Assembly: GCA_964057225.1 (NCBI GenBank) | Contig: OZ059900.1 | Coordinates: forward strand, 5,952,001-6,016,000 | DNA length: 64,000 bases | Source of the DNA: Auanema rhodensis | Lineage: Eukaryota > Animalia > Nematoda | Direction of reading: 5' to 3' | In this document: piece by piece, positions 56,112 through 64,000 of the stretch | How positions within the stretch are numbered: position 1 is the first letter of the stretch | Layout: every line of letters starts with the position of its first letter | Program-made: the position numbers and the translations under genes | Notes under the pieces: generated by a model | The model's input: only the letters and a program-made list of their open reading frames with translations | The model's database searches: none | Told to the model about the DNA's origin: nothing

Positions 56112-56510
56112 TTCATCTCTTTCCAAACTTTTTGAGCATAAAGTTTTTTTTCTTTGTACATCTTGAACCATTCAGTTTATCACGGAAGCATTTCTTTTTA
56201 GGCAATTCGGTTTCTTTAAAATTTTCAAAATAATCCATATATTTATATGGATATACACCTTTCTTTCTCATAGTTTTAAAAGTCTTCTCACTTTCAATGT
56301 AAAATTGAATATAAAAGTTTTTTGAAATATGCATTTGATCATCTTTCAAGTTTTTACTCTATGCATCAAGAGAAGAACTCATAAATGCGATGGAATCCAA
56401 AAATATAATTTCATAGAAGTGATCAGTTTCAAATTGTTTCCAAGGTTTACAATAACTTTAACTTATAAACTTCTCAGTATTACTAGGAATTGGCCTCACT
56501 TGGATTTTTC
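56112..56510 (-). pseudogene. Mirror copy of the PolB fragment
   Basis: ORF 56113-56349 contains RKKGVYPYKYMDYFENFKETELPKKKCFRDKLNGS. Confidence 0.9.
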
Positions 56511-56862
56511 TTTTGTATAGGTACTGTGTGTCAATATATACGTGGCTATAGTGTGTCATGTCGGAAAAATAAAAAAAACTATTTGATGCGAAAAAAATTT
56601 ATTCTTCAAAGTATTGCCCCCCCCCCGCTTTCTATCACTTTCTTCCATCTCTTCTCTAAATTTCTTATTCAATAAAAAAGAGACTTTCTTTTCTTCTGTA
56701 GTTCGCCTGTTCTTTCCAATTTTATTATCTTTAGAAACAGCGTTTAATTGTAGATGTTATGCTTTATATGTTTTAACAATTTTTCGTTATGGATTAGACT
56801 TGCTGCGAGATTTTGATTTTTATATTGACGAATATTATTTAACGATACATTGTTTCAGAAAA

Positions 56863-57165
56863 ATGGCTAAAGAAGATCCGTCTCGGATTTGGTATCAATT
56901 TCTAGACGCTTGGAGTGAGCTGTATGACTCTAATTCTCGACTGATCGCTCATGTTTTGAAGAGAGTGACAAAGGAGGAAAGAAAGGAAATAATTTATGGA
57001 ACGATTGAAAAATGGAATTTGATGAATGCAATTGAACAAGCTAAATCTCTTGTAGAGGAATTTCTTATTAAAAATAGAAACAGATTAGAAACCAGTGGTG
57101 ATCTCAGTCGATACGTTCGCGATGTTAAATCCAATGTTTTTTTTTGGAAGGCGATGATGATATGA
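56863..57165 (+). CDS. Orphan ~100-aa helical ORF; degenerate tandem paralog at ~57870-58115
   Basis: tgtttcag|aaaaATG GCT AAA..., open for 100 codons. Confidence 0.4.
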   Translation: MAKEDPSRIWYQFLDAWSELYDSNSRLIAHVLKRVTKEERKEIIYGTIEKWNLMNAIEQAKSLVEEFLIKNRNRLETSGDLSRYVRDVKSNVFFWKAMMI

Positions 57166-58222
57166 TTCAGAGTATGTACTTGCCTATGTTTTCTAAGTTA
57201 GAATAATTTTTACAGGAACTGTGCATGAATACTTCTTGGGCCTGCATTATGGAGAAATAACGGAATTTTTGATCAAATTTGCATGTAATATAATGTTTAT
57301 ATTGATATAAATACTATTTGTTTTAGAAAATTTCTAACTTTAGCTCAAGAACTTCTGAAATTGAGCCGAAGGAGGGGGTTTTTTAATTGGTTTTGGTGAC
57401 TGGAGATGAGAAGTGGATTCTCTGCTCCAACCCAACCAGGCCAAAGTTTTGGGTTAGCCCAGGTGAGGAGGTTCCCATGAATCCGAGAACTAACCCACAA
57501 ACGATCAAAAAAGCCCTTTTGTCCGTTTTCTGGAATGATAACTGAGTTCTCTACTATGAGCTTTTACCTTACGGTAATTTATCTTTTCTTAAGCTATAAA
57601 ATTGTAATAAAATTCGTTTTTAGATAACGGCAAAGGGACATCAGTTGGCACTATATGTGACGTCATGTTTTCTGGAATGCGTCGGCGATTCTACATTAAA
57701 TGCCACCAGAGAGGGTCACGTTCGACATCATTATCGATTGCGAATCGATACTACAGCGTTATTGTAGATTTTCGGTAATTTTTGTTTTGTTTTAAGTTCT
57801 AAATGGAACCTGTTTTATTCCAGGATTATTCTGAGGGACGATTACGAGCTTTCCGATAGTCAAATTTCCAAATTTTGGAGTGAGCTGTATGACACTAAAT
57901 CTGAACTGATTGCTCATGTTTTGAAGAGAGTAACAAAAGAGGAAAGAAAGGAAATAATTTATGGAACGATTGAAAAATGGAATTTGATGAATGCAATTGA
58001 ACAAGCTATATCTCTTGTAGAGGAATTTTTTTATTAAAAATAGAGAAAGATTAGAAACCAGTGGTGATCTCAGTCGATACGTTCGCGATGTTAAATCCAA
58101 TGTAGAGAAATTGATTAAGTAATTTGTTTGTATATCGAAATGTCACTCATTTGATCTGTCTGTTCTAATTTTTTTCTATATTTTTATTATTGTTATATGA
58201 AAATTTTAAACTCTGATCGGAA

Positions 58223-58384
58223 TCAGCTAATCGAGTCTAAATTTACTTCTCTTTCTTTAACCCCTTGTGGTGGTAAAGTGTCTCGAATAAAAACGCCCCG
58301 AAATTTTCGAATTTTTTGTTGTTTTACTAATGCTTCAAGATTCAAGTTGGTTAGCGCAGTCAGGCCCATGGAAAAGGTTCTCAT
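58223..58384 (-). pseudogene. Mirror copy of the Maverick protease fragment
   Basis: Reverse complement of 52447-52608. Confidence 0.8.
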
Positions 58385-58870
58385 TTAATGAGATAATTTT
58401 TATTGGCACAATTTGTGACTCGTGCATCACCAGAATTCTTTAAAACCTTAATTACTTAAAACAAACATTTGTCAGCTTGTTTCATAGTTTGCTCATGTAT
58501 TATTGAATTTTTGAAAATATATCTGATATTAATGGATTGAAGAATATAACATCTTGGTGTAGTTGATGTGTTCCAGGTTAGTTGAAAACTTTCATTGTAT
58601 CGCGTAGATGTTTCTTCTGTTTTATTGGATGTCAGAGGTCAATCCACTGCAAGAGTGGACACATGATGCAATAGTTTGATGTAAATGTTATTAATACTAT
58701 ATTTCTCATATTTATGACAAATGCAAATACTATATGTATGTTCTAGAAGTGTATGTTAACTATTATTATATTTTAAATTTCATATCACATCAGTTCCTTA
58801 TCTAGTGTTTGCAACAATTCTTGCCTGATTTTAGTGTCAATAATGACTGTCATTGAAGATGATTCGTTTC

Positions 58871-59752
58871 TAAACTACCTCCTCTTTTTAAACTTATTCT
58901 TAATTGAACAAATTATTAGAAAGCCAAATCGATTAATTGATAGCTGTAAAATGTTATATTGATTACTATGTATCTACAGAAAAAGATATTAGAAAGTTAT
59001 TGTATGGTGCCATTTTTTGTCCAACTGTATTTTTGCGTCTGCCAATTTACGATACATTTATCTGATTTGTAGTTTATGTCTTTCCTATGTTTTCTTTTTG
59101 TGTATATCCCATTTACAATTTTTGAAGATAAATGTTCTGTTATTTTTTGAATTATTTCTCAAAAACAAACTGATCTCATTCAAGAATATGAAAGATATGA
59201 ACATCATTATAAATTCCAAGAAGTACGACTGTTTTTCACTTTTTCGTCTGATAAAAGGCTAAATAATCAAAATTCAATGACAAAAATAAATTCTAAAATT
59301 ATTGTAATATTTATGACGAAAAGAAACTAAAATATAATTGTTCATTGTTTACTTCATATTTACTTTATGGGACACAGTGTGCATAACATATTTGTGTAGT
59401 TCATTTGTTTCAGTGAGTTTGGTGGGAACAGACTTTGAAATCGATGACTTCAGACCCATACAGTGTATACTTTCAAAATAAAATTTGAAAGCTTGGATAT
59501 TATTTTTTCTTTTCATTACATGATTAAATTTGAAATGTTTGAATACAAAAACAAGCCATTTTGAAAATAAACTGAAAACTTTTCTGAACATTTGTCAGTT
59601 TGTTTCATAGTTTGCTCATGAATTATTGGATTTTTGAAAATATATCTGATATTAATAGATTGAAGAATATAACATCTTAGTGTAGTTGATGTGTTCCAGG
59701 TTAGTTGAAAACTTTCATTGGTTCAAATCCTCCCCAAGAAATTTATAAAAAC

Positions 59753-59800
<48 letters not shown>

Positions 59801-62800
59801 AATCTCTATCCTTACTTGAACCTCGAAATATCTCTGAAAACTCAATTCTAAAATACGATATCAACTTCAGAGAATTTCAGAAAAAACTTGATAGAAGTTT
59901 ACTAAAAAGAAGTTATCCAAAACTTTCTGAAAAATTCAACTTTTTAAGTTTACAACAAACATTATTCCCTATTCATCTAGAGGAAATGATATACACTACT
60001 ATGAGCAGGATGGCCTGAAGGTGTACTGCATGGATTACAGGTTAGGTAACTGAGTTCAATACCTTTCTCTGTTTTTTAAGAAAATCAATATCTAATCGAG
60101 AATCCAAAAAACGGTCGGATGAATTTGGACTTTGAAAATTCTTTCTTTTTAATGTTTTGAGCTTCGTAGCTCAGTCAGAAATTAATATTTTTCAATTTTG
60201 ATTGAACGGGCAAATTGTGGAAGATGAACTCTTTCATCTCACCAAATCTTAATATCCTATCTGGTCTAGTATAGACGTTATAGCCTCCTAAAGAGGAGAG
60301 ATTAAGTCAAAAACGTGACTTTGAAACGTTATATCTCCTTAACCGTTGAGTTTTTCTGAAAACTTTTTGGGGATTTGAACTCTACGTGAAAAGATCTCTT
60401 AGAAAAGCTGCTTATATTGAAGATTGGAGTAGTTTGAAATTTTGAAAAATAGAGAAATCGGCCAATTTCTGGTTGGAGAAATAAAAATTTCGAGTTTTTT
60501 AAAAATTGAGGGTGCCTTCTGATAGAACTTGAAATGCTGATTTCAAATATAACAAGCAAATAACTCCATTCTCACTTTGAAAGGAGTTATGAGACTTTTT
60601 ATGTTTTGATGTTTTCCATTCAGAAGGCCATATCTACCTTCAGACGGCATTTGAGGAAATTTTAGTTAGCAGAATCGTTTTCTACGTGTCTGTTTTACTT
60701 GGTCAACTTAGTTTCAAATCATTTTGTTCGAATTTTCAATTTTCCATCAAATGGTCCAAATCCATGTACTACCCCCTTACCTACTTTTTCATCAAAGTTG
60801 ACCATCATCACATGAAATTTTAAGATTTTCTTAAGTTTTTTTCTTTAATTATATTTTATAAAAATAAGAATTAAAGATATTAGAAAAGAATTAATAAATA
60901 TACTTTGAAAGTTCAAGAAATGATTGTCTCATCTAACAATTATTCAGATGCTCAACAAATCTTGTTAACCTAAAACTTGTGACTATTCCGATTCTCGTGG
61001 AACACTGCTTTCATTACAAATCTCTCAAGTTAGAAATTGTTTCAAATTGGAAATCAACAAAAAACTTGAGAAAATCTTAAAATTTCATGTGATGATGGTC
61101 AACTTTGATGAAAAAGTAGGTAAGGGGGTAGTACATGGATTTGGACCATTTGATGGAAAATTGAAAATTCGAACAAAATGATTTGAAACTAAGTTGACCA
61201 AGTAAAACAGACACGTAGAAAACGATTCTGCTAACTAAAATTTCCTCAAATGCCGTCTGAAGGTAGATATGGCCTTCTGAATGGAAAACTTAAAAACATA
61301 AAAAGTCTCATAACTCCTTTCAAAGTGAGAATGGAGTTATTTGCTTGTTATATTTGAAAGCAGCATTTCAAGTTCTATCAGAAGGCACCCTCAATTTTTA
61401 AAAAACTCGAAATTTTTATTTCTCCAACCGGAAATTGGCCAAATTCTCTATTTTTCCAAATTTCAAACTACTCCAATCTTCAATATAAGCAGCTTTTCTA
61501 AGAGATCTTTTCACGTAGAGTTCAGATCCCCAAAAAGTTTTCAGAAAAACTCAACGGTTAAGGAGATATAACGTTTCAAAGTCACGTTTTTGACTTAATC
61601 TCTCCTCTTTAGGAGGCTACAACTTCTATACTAGACCAGATAGGATATTAAGATTTGGTGAGATGAAAGAGTTCATCTTCCACAATTTGCCCGTTCAATC
61701 AAAATTGAAAAATATTAATTTCTAACTGAGCTACGAAGCTCAAAACATTAAAAAGAAAGAATTTTCAAAGTCCAAATTCATCCGACCGTTTTTTGGATTC
61801 TCGATTAGATATTGATTTTCTTAAAAAACAGAGAAAAGTATTGAACTCAGTTACCTAACCTGTAATCCATGCAGTACACCTTCAGGCCATCCTGCTCATA
61901 GTAGTGTATATCATTTCCTCTAGATGAATAGGGAATAATGTTTGTTGTAAACTTAAAAAGTTGAATGTTTCAGAAAGTTTTGGATAACTTCTTTTTAGTA
62001 AACTTCTATCAAGTTTTTTCTGAAATTCTCTGAAGTTGATATCGTATTTTAGAATTGAGTTTTCAGAGATATTTCGAGGTTCAAGTAAGGATAGAGATTT
62101 ATAGAGAGAGAGATTTTGTTTTTATAAATTTCTTGGGGAGGATTTGAACCAATGAAAGTTTTCAACTAACCTGGAACACATCAACTACACTAAGATGTTA
62201 TATTCTTCAATCCATTAATATCAGATATATTTCTATTCAAAAATCCAATAATACATGAGCAAACTATGAAGTAAACTGACAAACGTTCAGAAAATTTTTC
62301 AGTTTATTTTCAAAATGGCTTGTTTTTGTATTCAAACATTTCAAATTTAATCATGTAATGAAGAGAAAAAATAATATCCAAACTTTCAAATTTTATTTTG
62401 AAAGTATACACTGTATGGGTCTGAAGTCATCGATTTCAAAGTCTGTTCCCACCAAACTCACTGAAACAAATGAACTACACAAATATGTTATGCACACTGT
62501 GTCCCATAAAGTAAATATGAAGTAAACAATGAACAATTATATTTTAGTTTCTTTTCGTCATAAATATTACAATAATTTTAGAATTTATTTTTGTCATTCA
62601 ATTTTGATTATTTAGCCTTTTATCAGACGAAAAAGTGAAAAACAGTCGTACTTCTTGGAATTTATAATGATGTTCATATCTTTCATATTCTTGAATCAGA
62701 TCAGTTTGTTTTTGAGAAATAATTCAAAAAATAACAGAACATTTATCTTCAAAAATTGTAAATGGGATATACACAAAAAGAAAACATAGGAAAGACATAA

Positions 62801-63003
62801 ACTACAAATCAGATAAATGTATCGTAAATTGGCAGACGCAAAAATACAGTTGGAAAAAAAATGGCACCATACAATAACTTTCTAATATCTTTTTCTGTAG
62901 ATACATAGTAATCAATATAACATTTTACAGCTATCAACTAATCGATTTGGCTTTCTAATAATTTGTTCAATTAAGAATAAGTTTAAAAAGAGGAGGTAGT
63001 TTA
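58871..63003. repeat. Inner palindrome 2: arms 58871-60840 and 61059-63003, spacer inverted relative to palindrome 1
   Basis: Direct comparison; mirrored ORFs 60329/61341. Confidence 0.95.
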
Positions 63004-63128
63004 TTTTGACACATACCGTTTGAGATAAAAGTGTTTCTTTCGTTATTTTCTCAAGAAAAGAATGTACTGTGGAATATTCTGGTTGGAATTTCAATAACTA
63101 TTGTAATAGAAAAACTTTACAAAAACTT

Positions 63129-63736
63129 AAAACATGAAAATATAAAAATCTTACAGTATTCATTGAAAACAAGTTTAAGTTAGTAAACTCATTTACATTG
63201 TTCATACGAATTTATCTTTAAGTGATAGTTTTTTAAGTCCTAGCTAGTTTGTGTAGAGTGTAAGCATCTTGTTCATTCAGGAACTCTTTGGCCTCTTTGA
63301 TAGGCTTCTTTGTTATTCTTGATAACGCAATGATACTACAAAATCCTGTTTTAGGAGAATAATAAGCTTTTTCTAAAAGATCTCTTTCAGATGCACTTGT
63401 GGATTGTCTAAGAATTTTAGATTTTTCACTAATACAACCTCCTCGATATCTTCTAATCCAGAACCTCCTGTGATTGTTGGAATAAGCTTACACTTCATTG
63501 TATTACAATCTTGGCATAACCCTTTTATTATAGAACGTTTCGAGCTTGTTTCAACATTAAATAAGTCAGTAGTATCAGTATATGTTTCACATTTGAAACA
63601 GTATACTAATTCCATAATCTAGAAGTTAAAATTTAAAATTTTTTTTTAATCTTATTTGATTTTGTGAAATAGGGGACGTTGTGTGAAAATGGATGTCTTC
63701 ACTAGAAAATGAATTCACTTCCATCTAGCCATGACC
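63129..63736 (+). repeat. ~610-bp direct repeat of 55497-56103 (inverted host 3' end + integrase + Zn-finger fragment)
   Basis: Matching sequence at offset ~7,633; identical ORFs 55740/63373. Confidence 0.92.
63373..63615 (-). CDS. Second copy of the DUF5679-like zinc-finger ORF
   Basis: Identical translation to 55740-55982. Confidence 0.6.
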   Translation of the reverse strand: MELVYCFKCETYTDTTDLFNVETSSKRSIIKGLCQDCNTMKCKLIPTITGGSGLEDIEEVVLVKNLKFLDNPQVHLKEIF

Positions 63737-64000
63737 CGCAAACATAGCTACCTCACCTGAATAATTGACTTTCTACACTTGACATCAATGAAATAAGATA
63801 TTTGTTTCGGGCGAGACGCAAACACTTTGTGCTAGAGTGGAAGGGGATAAGAGTGACGCGTGAGCAAAGATGCAGAGAAGGAGAGAGACTGCCAACTCAA
63901 ATTCTTCTATTAACTTTTGTGAATAAAAGAGAGGCTTCAATTTTCTTCTATATAGTTCGCGTGTTCTTTCCAATTTTATTATATTTTGAAACAGCGTTTA

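Larger units (their letters stand above)
47569..63238. repeat. Giant inverted repeat: arms ~47569-54718 and ~56112-63238, ~1.4-kb spacer
   Basis: Reverse-complement matches checked at both ends and internally. Mirrored ORFs in the track include 47725/62912, 52731/57792, 53666/56614 and 50280/60329. Confidence 0.95.

Noticed and set aside
47569-63238. Pure amplification (MDA) chimera or read fold-back artefact
   Set aside because: The arms differ by multiple substitutions, indels and microsatellite lengths. Considered unlikely, but not fully excluded without raw reads.

Overview
AT-rich eukaryotic DNA with short (~45 nt) GT-AG introns and TTTCAG/TTTTAG acceptors, typical of a nematode genome. 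From left to right: (1) a spliced TMEM237/JBTS-14-like ciliary gene with an upstream X-box (~3.0-4.7 kb); (2) two complete same-strand type I fatty acid synthase genes 19,390 bp apart (9.6-18.6 kb and 29.0-38.0 kb). They are almost identical, introns included, except for sharply bounded divergent patches (MAT C-terminal part, DH, pseudo-methyltransferase region, KR, ACP linkers), and their flanks are unrelated; (3) between them, an MLCK-like kinase and poorly defined orphan genes; (4) a ~2,200-aa orphan protein gene whose middle is a satellite of phase-0 exon+intron units (146 bp, then 18 x 327 bp with 654-bp and 1,308-bp higher-order periodicity); (5) a ~15.7-kb nested palindrome (47.6-63.2 kb) built from MITE-like DNA, fragments of a Maverick/Polinton (PolB, adenain-type protease, integrase, Zn-finger), an orphan ORF and an inverted copy of the neighbouring gene's 3' end. 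All gene models and family assignments were made by eye, without database searches, so boundaries are approximate.
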